From the IMG/VR virus record IMGVR_UViG_3300043185_000079: a DNA stretch of 64,000 nt, one strand, 5' to 3'. Below are positions 48,024 to 58,400 of this stretch, in pieces. Source of the stretch: a virus. Position 1 is the stretch's first letter, and each line of letters opens with the position of its first letter. Made by a program: the position numbers and the translations under genes. The notes beneath the pieces are model-generated. The model saw nothing but the letters and a program-made list of their open reading frames with translations. It was not told the origin of the DNA and searched no databases.

Positions 48024-49916
48024 GTGGCCAAGGCGGCTGCCAACTTGGCCAGGATGGCCCTCAACGCGGGCCGCCTCCCTGAAGACGCCGGTCGACGCGA
48101 TGTTGTAGACAGCATCACCTTCGTCGAGTCCGAGTGGGGCCTGGGGATGCGGCTCTACCCGGTCCAGAGGGTCATCCTCAAGGCCCATTACGGGATTCCC
48201 CTGGACGATGACCCGGCGAACGCGTTCACGATCACGGACTGGCGCCGACAGAATCCCAAGGACTTCACCGAGGCCGGGTATCTCCGCTATCTGTACGAAC
48301 AGGGCCGGTCCAACATCCGTGAGGTCGTGCCGGGTGTCGAGAGACGTCAGCTCGTGCTTTCCATCGGCCGGCGATCTGGAAAAACCCTGATCGCGTCCTG
48401 CATTTCGGCCTACGAGACGTACAAGCTGATCAACCTTGGCAATCCACAGCGATATTTCGGTCTGAGCCCGTCATCGAACATTCAGCTCATCTCGATCGCC
48501 ACCGGCAAGGACCAGGCGGGACTGCTCTACTCCGAGGTGTCCGGACACTTCTCCAAGTGCAACTTCTTCCGGCGTTACACGGCGAACCATACGATGAGCT
48601 ATGCGCGCTTTCAGACCCCGCGCGACATCGAGGAGTTCGGGTCGTACGATGAGAATCCCAAGGCTCGGGCCAGTCTCAAGGTCACGTTCCACGCCTGCAA
48701 CGCCAAGGGGCTCCGCGGCGCCGGCAACATCGTCGTCATCCTCGACGAGGTTGCACACTTCGTCGAGCAGGGCGGATCCTCGGCCGAAGAGGTCTATCAG
48801 GCGGTGCACGCGTCGACCGGCACGTTCACGCCGAAGGACGACCTCGGTGAGCCGATCGACGGCGCGATGACAGAGTCCGAGGGACGGATGATTCTCATCT
48901 CGTCTCCACTGGGTAAGCAGGGACTGTTCTACAAGAAATTCCAGCAGGGGATGAGTGGCGGAGAATCGGCCGGGCACATGCTGTGCATCCAGGCTCCGAC
49001 ATGGGAAGTCAACCCGACAGTCTCCGCGAGCGTGTTCAAGGACGCCTACGCCGAGGACCCGAGGATCTTCTTCACGGAGTGGGGCGGGGAGTTCACGGAC
49101 CGTACTCTCGGATGGCTGGAGAACCCTGAGGATCTCCTCGCGTGCATTGACAAGGAACTACGCCCACGGACGCGCGGGCAACCACGACGCCAGTACTTCG
49201 TAGGCTTCGACCTCGGGCTCGTCAACGACGCGAGCGCGATCGCAATCACCCACATCGACGAGAACAACAGGATTGTTCTCGACTTCATCGGTCAGATGAT
49301 GGCGGGTGAAGGAGAGTACGCGGACAAGGAGCGACTGGAGTTCGATGATGTGGCGGCGTGGATCTACGGCCTATCGCGTCGGTTCCACTTCCACTCGGGA
49401 CTCTTTGACCAGTGGGGAGCGATCCCACTGGAACAGGCGCTCGCCAAGAAAGGCTTGACGCAGATCGAGGGAAAGTTGTTCTCGCCGCAGGAGAAGTCGC
49501 AGATTTGGCAGAACTTCAAGTCCATGATCTGGGACAAACGTCTCGTCCTCTTCGACATCACACCGGAAGAGAGGCAGAAGTATCTGTCCCGGGAGGAGAT
49601 TCCGCCGGACCACCTCGCGTACATCCAGCAGATGCTCGAGCTGCAGGCGACGTACAAGAGTCGGTACGTCGTCGAGGTCGAAGCGCCGCAGACGGATGGC
49701 AAGCACGACGACTTGGCGGACGCGCTCTCCAGGTCGGTATGGCTCGCGAGTCAGCAGATTGGGAAGCTCAAACACATCGCTCGCAGCGGCCTCAACACTC
49801 CAGCACACGTCGTGCGACCCCAGGTTTCGGCCGCGATTCGCCGGGCCAATCGCAGGCAGTCCCTCCTTGGAGGGTCCGATCCCAAGCGGCAGATCCAGAA
49901 ACGGAGGCGATGGTAG
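48024..49916 (+). CDS. terL: terminase large subunit
   Basis: GRRSGKT, VILDE, LISSP, and RNase H-like GFDLG...HDDLADA. Confidence 0.9.
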   Translation: MAKAAANLARMALNAGRLPEDAGRRDVVDSITFVESEWGLGMRLYPVQRVILKAHYGIPLDDDPANAFTITDWRRQNPKDFTEAGYLRYLYEQGRSNIREVVPGVERRQLVLSIGRRSGKTLIASCISAYETYKLINLGNPQRYFGLSPSSNIQLISIATGKDQAGLLYSEVSGHFSKCNFFRRYTANHTMSYARFQTPRDIEEFGSYDENPKARASLKVTFHACNAKGLRGAGNIVVILDEVAHFVEQGGSSAEEVYQAVHASTGTFTPKDDLGEPIDGAMTESEGRMILISSPLGKQGLFYKKFQQGMSGGESAGHMLCIQAPTWEVNPTVSASVFKDAYAEDPRIFFTEWGGEFTDRTLGWLENPEDLLACIDKELRPRTRGQPRRQYFVGFDLGLVNDASAIAITHIDENNRIVLDFIGQMMAGEGEYADKERLEFDDVAAWIYGLSRRFHFHSGLFDQWGAIPLEQALAKKGLTQIEGKLFSPQEKSQIWQNFKSMIWDKRLVLFDITPEERQKYLSREEIPPDHLAYIQQMLELQATYKSRYVVEVEAPQTDGKHDDLADALSRSVWLASQQIGKLKHIARSGLNTPAHVVRPQVSAAIRRANRRQSLLGGSDPKRQIQKRRRW

Positions 49917-50177
49917 ATGGTGAAGGGTATCTCGCCCGACGATCCTTGTCGGGCCGACCATCGGATCATCCGGTTCTTGCTCGACACGTTCTTCAAGAAG
50001 AAGAACGCACTGCACGACCCGAAGGAATTCGACAAGGTATCGCGAGTATTCGCCAAAGCAGGTGGATCCTGGGAGCGACTGTTCAAGGGGGCGGCCGAGG
50101 ACCTGAATCTCCTTAAGCGCGTCATCAAAATCGCCCTCAAGACGGGCCACATCTCCAAGGCACCGCGTCTCCGGTAG
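49917..50177 (+). CDS. hypothetical protein
   Basis: 86 aa ORF abutting TerL. Confidence 0.55.
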   Translation: MVKGISPDDPCRADHRIIRFLLDTFFKKKNALHDPKEFDKVSRVFAKAGGSWERLFKGAAEDLNLLKRVIKIALKTGHISKAPRLR

Positions 50178-50192
50178 GATGAGGACGAGTAG

Positions 50193-50687
50193 ATGCACGA
50201 GGACGACGACATCCAGCCCGAGAATCTCAAGGCTCCCGAGAAAGAGCCCGATGCGAGTCCTGAACTCGCGAAGATCGAGCGGCAGTCGATCCATGAGGCC
50301 ATCGCATCCCTCAATGATGCCCAGCTTCAAGAGCGGATCGACGCGGAACGGGCGGCCCGCCGTCGAGAGCACGAAGAGAAGACTCGGGTCTTCAAGGTAC
50401 GCAGGACGGAAGAGGCCAGGCGTGCCCGTACACAACGAGTCCGGGCCCTCGTCAGTGCCGAGGAGAAGGTGCAGGCGCACGTTGCCGCCGCCTCGCGGTC
50501 CATCCGGGCCGCTATCCGCGAACTCACGGATCTCCCCCTACCGCGCCACTCGCGGGAGGCGAGGGAACAGAGGCGAGCCATCACCACGCTGGGAACAGCA
50601 CTGGGATCTCTCCGGGCAGCCGGTCGCCGCATGTCCGTGTCCGAAGACGCCGACATTGATCCCGATCTCGATCTTGATGTCGGGTGA
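50193..50687 (+). CDS. hypothetical coiled-coil protein
   Basis: 164 aa; GAGGA upstream. Confidence 0.55.
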   Translation: MHEDDDIQPENLKAPEKEPDASPELAKIERQSIHEAIASLNDAQLQERIDAERAARRREHEEKTRVFKVRRTEEARRARTQRVRALVSAEEKVQAHVAAASRSIRAAIRELTDLPLPRHSREAREQRRAITTLGTALGSLRAAGRRMSVSEDADIDPDLDLDVG

Positions 50688-50728
50688 ACCTACGATGAAG
50701 ACCATGATCCCACAGACGCGAGGACGCT

Positions 50729-52672
50729 ATGCCGGCTGAGGGCACGAAGAACGCCATCGCTGGGTCGGCAAGCCCCTCGTCTCTCAAGAAGAACGACGAC
50801 GAGGTCGTGGTGGGCACGGTCGAGCAGCGAAGAGGACGGCCCGAACGCGTGGGCGTGGACACCATGAGAACGGCATCGGCCGGGAACGCTCAGGTGGCCG
50901 AGGATAGTCGTCGAGGGGTTCAAGTTGGAAAACCTTCCCGTGTTGTCACGGGAACCATGCGTGGCCGGGCTGGTCCTCCCAGCTTCCGTGACAAGGTAGC
51001 GGCGGCATGTGGCCCTGGATCGGGGAGTTTCGGTGGCCTTGGCGGCGCTGGGGGCGTTGTCGGCGGGGGAGGAGGGAGCGGCGGGGGAGGAGGGTTCTCT
51101 GGCAACTTCGGACCGGGCAGTGTCGCGCAGGCCAGTTCGGGCAACTTCTACAGTCCCGAACTCAGCACGGACTTCCTGGAGCTTCCACAGTCTCTCAACG
51201 AACAGTGGAACTACTACAGGTTTTTCTACAACAACGAGCCGTTCGTCGGACAGGCTATCGATCTACACACGGAGCTGCCGCTGTCGAAGGTCCGGCTGGC
51301 TCGCCCGAGGGCTCAGACCCGCGAACTCGCCGATCAGGCTCTCCGGTTTTGCGAGAAGTGGATCAACCGGATCGGACTCCTGCAGCGGCTTATTGAGATT
51401 GTTCACGAGTACTACCTGATCGGCGAGGTGTTCATCTTCTGCGAGGACGCGAACCCGGACATGCCGCAGGAGGTCCGACAGAAGGTGGTGCGCGAGGTCA
51501 AGCCCGACGGCTCCCTGGTCGAGACATGGGTGGACTACGATGACGCCGACGCGCGAGCGGTGCGGTGGATGAAGAAGAACTACAGGGGCTGGACGGCCAT
51601 CCGCGTGCTGCCACCAGAGCAAGTCCACATCGAGACATTCCCCTTCACGAGCCAGGCTCTCATCGAGCTAATTCCTGACGCCAAGACGAGGCATGTCATT
51701 AACATGGCGGACCAGGGCGACGAAAGGGCCTGGCGCATTGTCGAATCCATGGACTCCGCCGTCGTGGATGCCGTGCGCGGTGGCGCGAACATCCCCCTGA
51801 GCACCGATCCGGACGGGGGCTCTTTTGTCCACTACATGGCGAACAAGAAGTCCCAGTATGAGCCCAGGGGCCACAGTATCCTGCAGCGATGTTTGAGGGT
51901 CTTGGTATTTTCTGACAAACTGAGACAGGCTCAGACTCAAATTGCTTCGCGGCACATGACCCCGATCCGTCTCGTCTACGCTGAGGACATGGACGAGACG
52001 GACACGGAGGCGCTGCGCGACCAGATTGATCTCGCCTTGCAGGACCCCGACTACTCGATCGTGACCAACTTCCAGGTCACGTGGGAGGAGATGAACAGTA
52101 ACGGCCGTTTGCTTGAGCTGTCCTCAGAGTACGACCTCATCAACCGCCAGCTCTACGCGGGTCTCGGCGTCACCGAGGCGCTCCTCAACGGCGAGTCGAG
52201 CTATTCCGGCGACCGCATCAACCTGGAAGTCATCAACACGAGGTACATGCTCCTCCGCGAGAACATCCAGAACCTCGTGGAGGAGAACTTCTTCAAGCCC
52301 ATGTGTCGACGCATGGGGTTCGTCGAGGAGGATGAGGACGGCAACCTGGAAGTCATCTACCCTCGCCTGTCCTTCACGCGGCTCGCTCTCCGGGACAACC
52401 AGGACACCTTCGACGCGCTGTTCCAGCTCTACCAGAAGGGCTCGCTGGACGTGGAGACCATCCTGGATCTACTGAACATCGACCCCGTGACCGTGCGCGA
52501 GCGCCTGGAGCGGGATTTTGCGACGTATAACGACGCGAACTTCAACGAGGTTCTTCGGTCGATGTACGGACGAGTCGGTGACCAGATCGTGGAGGGGTCG
52601 GACCTGGTGGAGAGGATCGCCAAGACCCTCGGGCTCGAGTACAAGAAGCCCGAGCAGGCTGGCCGTTTCTAG
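50729..52672 (+). CDS. portal protein
   Basis: Downstream of TerL; RFFY..EPFVGQAIDLH, EYYLIGEVF and RGHSILQRCLR patterns; Gly-rich N-terminal extension. Confidence 0.75.
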   Translation: MPAEGTKNAIAGSASPSSLKKNDDEVVVGTVEQRRGRPERVGVDTMRTASAGNAQVAEDSRRGVQVGKPSRVVTGTMRGRAGPPSFRDKVAAACGPGSGSFGGLGGAGGVVGGGGGSGGGGGFSGNFGPGSVAQASSGNFYSPELSTDFLELPQSLNEQWNYYRFFYNNEPFVGQAIDLHTELPLSKVRLARPRAQTRELADQALRFCEKWINRIGLLQRLIEIVHEYYLIGEVFIFCEDANPDMPQEVRQKVVREVKPDGSLVETWVDYDDADARAVRWMKKNYRGWTAIRVLPPEQVHIETFPFTSQALIELIPDAKTRHVINMADQGDERAWRIVESMDSAVVDAVRGGANIPLSTDPDGGSFVHYMANKKSQYEPRGHSILQRCLRVLVFSDKLRQAQTQIASRHMTPIRLVYAEDMDETDTEALRDQIDLALQDPDYSIVTNFQVTWEEMNSNGRLLELSSEYDLINRQLYAGLGVTEALLNGESSYSGDRINLEVINTRYMLLRENIQNLVEENFFKPMCRRMGFVEEDEDGNLEVIYPRLSFTRLALRDNQDTFDALFQLYQKGSLDVETILDLLNIDPVTVRERLERDFATYNDANFNEVLRSMYGRVGDQIVEGSDLVERIAKTLGLEYKKPEQAGRF

Positions 52673-52679
52673 CTCACAG

Positions 52680-52694
52680 CGCTACTCGTTCTAT
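52680..52694 (+). promoter_or_regulatory. candidate late promoter motif CGCTACTCGTTCTAT
   Basis: Consensus match 20 nt before ATG 52715. Confidence 0.7.
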
Positions 52695-52714
52695 CCGATA
52701 CCGTGGGAGAGACC

Positions 52715-54784
52715 ATGGTGCTCCCATCGATCGATCTCCCGACTCGCGAGAGTATCGGACATCCTGCGGACACCCCGGCCAGGGTCGGAATTCTCGTCCA
52801 CATGGCTCGACCCTCCAGGCGCCGCGAGTACAGCATGTCTCGGTGCATGGGGGAGGGTTGCAAGCGGTCCCCTGAGATCGAGTGCATCTGGGCCGACGGT
52901 CGTGGCCGCGCCTGGTTCTGTGAGCGACACTTCGACGCCTGGGCTGCGAAAGACACGGACGGAGGACTCCCGAAGGCTATCGTCAAGCAGCGCAGGGTTC
53001 CTGACGGTGTGGTGGGCGAAAAGTACGGCGAGTATCCCGAAGCCAAGACGGCTGCGGGGGCCCAGTTCATCGTCGTGTCCGCGAAGGGCCCTGGACAGTG
53101 GCCTACCGACCCCGTCCAAGTCATGTCCCGGGAAAGGGCCCTCGACTACCAGTCCGCGGGTGTCGTGATAGCCGGGTTTCGCACGGAGCGCGAGGCTGAG
53201 GAATTCGCAGACAAGATGCGTGACGCTGCTATCGACGTGACGGCGCCCGACGGGACGATCGTGTTCTCCGGGCGTCTCCTCGACTTCTCCGATCTGGCTC
53301 CGCGCCTCGGACTCAGGTTCGTCGACCGAGGGCGGCTTTTGCAGATCCTGCACCGTCCCACGACGGTGATCGGATCCGGCAGGCGCCAGATGACGGTCAC
53401 GCGCCGCGCGGGCAAGACCGCCAAGGCCACCGGATGCAAGACAGGCGACGGTCACAGCGTTGGGCTGTTCATCCCGCTCCCGCGAGATTTGGCCAAGAAG
53501 TTCCCTTCGCTGGGCGAGAATGACGACTCACCCTCCCATGTGACATTCCTGTACATCGGAGATTTCAAGGGAAAACGGAAGCAGGAGCGGCTCGTCGCCG
53601 TCCTACGAAGCTGCTTGCGTCGTTGGTGGCCCTCCTGTCGGGCGACACTCGGAGACTTGGCCTACTTCGATCACCACGACAAGGATCGCCGCGTGCCTCA
53701 CGTCCAGGTCGACTTCGACAAGGACATGAGTGGATTCAAGCACCGGCTGCGACAGGAACTTCACGAGGCCGGCATTGATGTTGGCGACACGTTCCCCGAG
53801 TACAAGCCCCACGTCACACTCGCTTACATGCCGGGCATGGATAGCGAGTGGGAAGGCCCTGTTCCGAAGGGGTCGTGGGACTTCGACACAGTCGAGATCT
53901 GGGGACTTCCGGAGGTCCACAAGATCAAGCTGGGGCCGTCGATTCACAAGATCTCGGAGGAGTGGGTTCTCCAAGTGATTGCTCGTCGTGTCGCGATGAA
54001 GCATTATGCTGCCGGTTGGCCGGACCGCGGCAGAGTAGCATCGGTATCCGTGAACGCGACGCACAGGCGCAACGTCACCCTCGTCAAGTGGCTATCCGAC
54101 TTGGCGCAACATCTCGGCGTCGCAAGGGACACGTACGTCGTGGGTGGGGCCGTGCGAAATTTCATCCTCGGCGAGCCCATCAAGGACGTGGATGTCGTCA
54201 TCGACACCATCAAGGCCGGCAGGGATTCTGAATGGCTGGCGCAGCAGGTGGCCAAGGCGATCCCGGTCCCGACCAACGTGACAACGAACCAGTACGGAGT
54301 GGCCATTCTCACCGTCAAGGGCGACTGGGTCCTCGACGACGAGAACCTCCGCGGCGAGATCATCGAAATCGCCAACGCGCGCAAGGAGAGCTACGGAGGC
54401 GAGACGGGCAAGGGTTATAAGCCGCACATGGTAGAGCCCGCCACCATCGAGGAGGACCTCAGGCGAAGGGATTTCACGGTTAATACGCTGATGTGGAGGT
54501 TGCTCGACTTGGCACACGGACCCGACCGGGCCGAGGTCGTCGATCTGATGGGATGTGGTCGGCGAGATCTTGAGCAGCGAATACTTCGATGCCCGCAGGA
54601 TCCAGATATCACTTTTTCGGATGATCCGACAAGGATGCTACGTCTGGTGCGGTTCATGTCCAGATACAACATGAAAGTATCTCCCGACGTAGCGGCAGCA
54701 GTGCGTCGCAACGCGCCCAAGCTCAAGAATGCTCCTTGGGAGGCCATCGCTTCGGTCCTGATGCAGACTCTGGAGGGACGGTAG
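52715..54784 (+). CDS. polyprotein: Cys module, 2H phosphoesterase and CCA-adding/poly(A) polymerase head
   Basis: 2H motifs SHVTF and PHVTL; NTase motifs VGGAVRN, KDVDV, DLRRRDFTVN and DDPTRMLR. Confidence 0.85.
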   Translation: MVLPSIDLPTRESIGHPADTPARVGILVHMARPSRRREYSMSRCMGEGCKRSPEIECIWADGRGRAWFCERHFDAWAAKDTDGGLPKAIVKQRRVPDGVVGEKYGEYPEAKTAAGAQFIVVSAKGPGQWPTDPVQVMSRERALDYQSAGVVIAGFRTEREAEEFADKMRDAAIDVTAPDGTIVFSGRLLDFSDLAPRLGLRFVDRGRLLQILHRPTTVIGSGRRQMTVTRRAGKTAKATGCKTGDGHSVGLFIPLPRDLAKKFPSLGENDDSPSHVTFLYIGDFKGKRKQERLVAVLRSCLRRWWPSCRATLGDLAYFDHHDKDRRVPHVQVDFDKDMSGFKHRLRQELHEAGIDVGDTFPEYKPHVTLAYMPGMDSEWEGPVPKGSWDFDTVEIWGLPEVHKIKLGPSIHKISEEWVLQVIARRVAMKHYAAGWPDRGRVASVSVNATHRRNVTLVKWLSDLAQHLGVARDTYVVGGAVRNFILGEPIKDVDVVIDTIKAGRDSEWLAQQVAKAIPVPTNVTTNQYGVAILTVKGDWVLDDENLRGEIIEIANARKESYGGETGKGYKPHMVEPATIEEDLRRRDFTVNTLMWRLLDLAHGPDRAEVVDLMGCGRRDLEQRILRCPQDPDITFSDDPTRMLRLVRFMSRYNMKVSPDVAAAVRRNAPKLKNAPWEAIASVLMQTLEGR

Positions 54785-54837
54785 GCGTGGCGGGCAATTT
54801 CGCGAGATTCAATGAGATGTTCGGCTGCAGAGTCTAT

Positions 54838-55276
54838 GGCTGACCCAAGGAAAGCACTCAAGGAGATGAAGGCACTGGGTCTGCTGGACGTGGTGTCTGA
54901 GATGATCCGGGAACAGAAGCCGTTCGCTACCTACATGGCCAACCAGCTCAGAGCCGACAGGCGCGTCCAGCTCCTTCTCGACATGATGGACCTTGGCGTC
55001 CCGGCCAGTATGCCCCTGTCCTTCCTCGACGCGGCCGGACGACAGCGCCTGCGCGAGCTGACCGTATCGATGTCTGAGGACGAGGCGTCGAGGCTCGTCG
55101 ATCTCCTGATTAAGCCGCCCGTGGACAGCATGCGCGTCATCACAGAGCTTGCCCTGGAGGGGCCGGCGCGGGCCGGGATCCTGCCCGCAGCCAGGCAGCT
55201 GATTCTCGCGCACCCGTGGCTGGCTAACGATTCCCGCCGGCTGACGGAGGAGGTGATCCGGCAGTGGACCAAATGA
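54838..55276 (+). CDS. probable detached C-terminal part of the CCA/poly(A) polymerase-like protein
   Basis: Same frame as the upstream gene; RKALKEMKALGLL matches the helix that follows the head/neck in this family. Confidence 0.55.
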
Positions 55277-55425
55277 TCACCCGTGTCGCCGCCCGACATG
55301 CCGTGCTCCGTTCGGCAACGGGTTACTTCCGCGAGGGCGAGGACATCCTGTTCGATCGCTACAACAAGGCCGGAAGAGGAACCGGACGATGGGCCTCTTC
55401 AACATCTGGAAGTTGTCTGAGGTGA
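55273..55425 (+). pseudogene. short RVA-motif ORF; probable frameshifted N-terminus of the 55389 protein
   Basis: ATGA-coupled start MITRVAARHAVLRSATGYF...; overlaps the 55389 frame, which is open upstream of its ATG. Confidence 0.5.
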
Positions 55426-58400
55426 GAGGCCTGCCTCCAAAAACCGGACGTGGAGTCGCGTTTCATGGTACGCGGTCGAAGAATCTCGATCACCTGCGGC
55501 GTTATGGGCTCGTGCCTGGAGCACGCAGTGCGTACACGGACGCCTATAGTAAGTACGACGACGGGCGTCATCTGTTCTTCACAGACAATGAGGACTTGGC
55601 GCGCCATTACGGAGACCTGATTCTGCGATTCCCTTGGCCAAGCGAAGCCAAGCCTGATGTTAACGAATTCGGACGCTATCTTCCTGGACAGTTCGTCTCC
55701 TTGCGGAAAATCCCGCCAGACGAGATCGATGTTTTGCGTGAGGGTACTTGGGAACCTCTCGTTGGAGGCTTGTCGAAGCAGGCCTGCATCATCGTCGGCA
55801 AGGACTTCGACGGCCACCTCTGTCTCCTCAAGAACCGGGATCGGTCGTACGACGTCAAGCTCCAGATCATGCACATGGAGTTCAACGGCGTCGAGATGGC
55901 GTTCGTACTCGATCTCGAGACCGGCTACCTGGAAGGGGTCAACGAGCACGGGATCGGCGTTGTCAACACGACGCTCATGGTGCTTCATGATGAGGCAGAA
56001 GGGCACTCGACCAAAACCAAGGGCAAGACGACGCTCAAGTCGAAGGATGGCCCGAAGATCTTCCACGCCCTCATACAGGACAATCTCCAAGACGCGGTCG
56101 ATGTTCTCGTGAGTTTCCGGGGAGGGATCCGCGGCCACACGTTCGTGGCCGACGGACAGACGCTGCTCAGTATTGAGTGCACTCGAAAGAACCCGGCCCG
56201 GGTACATCATCTCGATCCGGGGAGGGTCAACACGAGGACCAACCATGGCGTCTCATATCCCGAGGCTGGGTACACGCGCGGCGAGGACTATGTCTCGTCC
56301 ATCGTCCGTCGATGGGAGGCGCAGAAGCGGATTCAAGGGGTGAAGCGGCCAGAGGCCGCTGCTCCGGCCCTCGCAACGCTGATCGACGAGGCCGACAGCC
56401 CGTTCAATCCTGTCCGAGTGACTGACAAGATGCGGACGACGAGCCAGCTCCTCATCGATACGAGCACTCCGTCTCTCTACCTCTACCTTATTCCAGGTCA
56501 CGCGCGCGTCACCAAGATTCTCAATCTCCTTCCCGGAGGCAGAGCACCGAAGATTCCCGTCCGGGTGTTTCGCTACCGCAAGCGGATGGAAGACCGAGAC
56601 TTTGAGGACGACGGCCATGAGATGAAGGATGAAGTGGCAGATCCAGGAGGTGACTTGCTGGAGAAACGAACTGCTCGCTATAAGGACAAGAAGACGGTCA
56701 AGACCAAAGACGGCGACGAGCGAGTCATCTACGAGTACGGCCCGCGACAGGTCCTCAACCGCAACAAGGCCAAGGCGGAGCGTATCGAGAATCTGCGCAA
56801 GCAGATGTCGGCTCTCCGTCGGAAGGTCAAGAAGGACCTGGAGTCGTCCGACGACCAGAAACGCGCTGTTGCTCTCGCCGTCGCGCTGATGGACGAAACC
56901 TATGAGCGGCCCGGCAACGAAGCCAGTGCCAGCGAGGGTCACTACGGCGTGACGACGTGGCAGAACCGGCACGTCAAGTTCCGCAACGGAAAGGCCACGA
57001 TCACATACGTCGGGAAGTCTGGAGTCGAGCACAAGAAGGTCGTCGAGACACCGGCAGTCGTGAAGGCTCTCAAGATGCTCTGCAAGGGCCGAGGGAAGGA
57101 TGATCGCCTCATCGACGTCGAGGCGGCTGACGTCAACGAGTTCCTACGCTCGTTCGAGATTACGGCCAAGGACATCCGAGGGTTCCACGCGAACCGCGAG
57201 ATGAAGGACCGTCTCAAGAGGATCCGCCGTGAGGGGCCGGATCTCCCGCGGCCCCTCAAAGATCGAGACAAGATCCTGAAAGAGGAGTTCAAGCAGGCGC
57301 TGGCCGAAACCGCTGAGGCCGTAGGCCATACCGAATCCACGCTGCGCAGCCAGTACCTCGTCCCCGGGCTCGAGGACGAGTACATGAAGGACGGCACCGT
57401 CAGCGACAGCCACGTGAAGTCCGGGGGGGCGGCCCTTCTAGGCGCTCCTGGGGTCCAGGAGCGCCCAGAAGGCGCGCTGAGGGTCGCCGCCACCCGAGGC
57501 ACACCGACGGAGCGGAGGATCCTGGCGAACGCCCTGCTTGCCCCGGTGCTCGTAGTGCGCGATCGCCGCTGGTGGCTCGACGAGGCGCCGTCCCTCTACC
57601 GCCTGGCCCGTGACCACGAGCGGCCTAGACCTGTCATCGACGGTCTCCGGTTCGACCCCGACCTGTTCGCGATGCTCTGGTACGAGGACGAGGACGGGAA
57701 CAGGTTGCCCGAACCGCCCATTGGGGACCTCGCAATTCCGGAGGACTCCCATACACAGCATTCGAGGTTCCCCAACGTGCTGCGGCACACCATCCTGTTG
57801 CTTAATGACGACGGGACGTCGTCGAGCCTCGCGGCTGGGGAAAGTTCCTTTCCCTCTGATCTCGTGACGCAGATGGTTCGCAGCGGCGACTGGGACACCG
57901 CAGACGCAATCATGGTTGCCGGCCAGGCCTGCGAGCGATGCCTCAACGTCCTGCTCCACCATTACGGGATCGGGGATGGCTACCCGTTCGGGTCCGAGGA
58001 CTATTGGCGGGCGAACACAGTCTGTTCGATGTGCGAGGACATCGGCCGTCGAATGGCGACGAAGTCTCCCGCCGAGAAGGAGGATGAGAACGTCGAGAAG
58101 ATGCTACGGCCGGAACCGAAGAAGAAGCCTCCGCGCTACGACCTCCGCAACAACAGAACGCTGGAGGACCGGGACGAGGACCTGGAGGGTATGGGCGCAG
58201 GAGATCGTGGGGATCGAGACTTGAGTCTCAAGTGGAACAAGGTCGCTCATCGGGTGGCGTTCCGGTGGCTGGCCGTTCCCCTCGCGCCCGCTCCTCTGCG
58301 TGTGGCAATGCGGCGCATCGCCAGGCAGTTCCCCTCCGAGTTCCAGGACGAGGTGGCACACCAGCGGTTCACGCATCCAGAGACGCGCAACTCAGTCGGG

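Noticed and set aside
51020-51120. G-rich tract as a regulatory or G4 element
   Set aside because: Explained by a Gly-rich linker in the portal N-terminal extension.
54782-54784. Genome-wide TAG reassignment
   Set aside because: Many complete genes (recA, ruvC, terL, portal) end at TAG, and long ORFs are intact under code 11.
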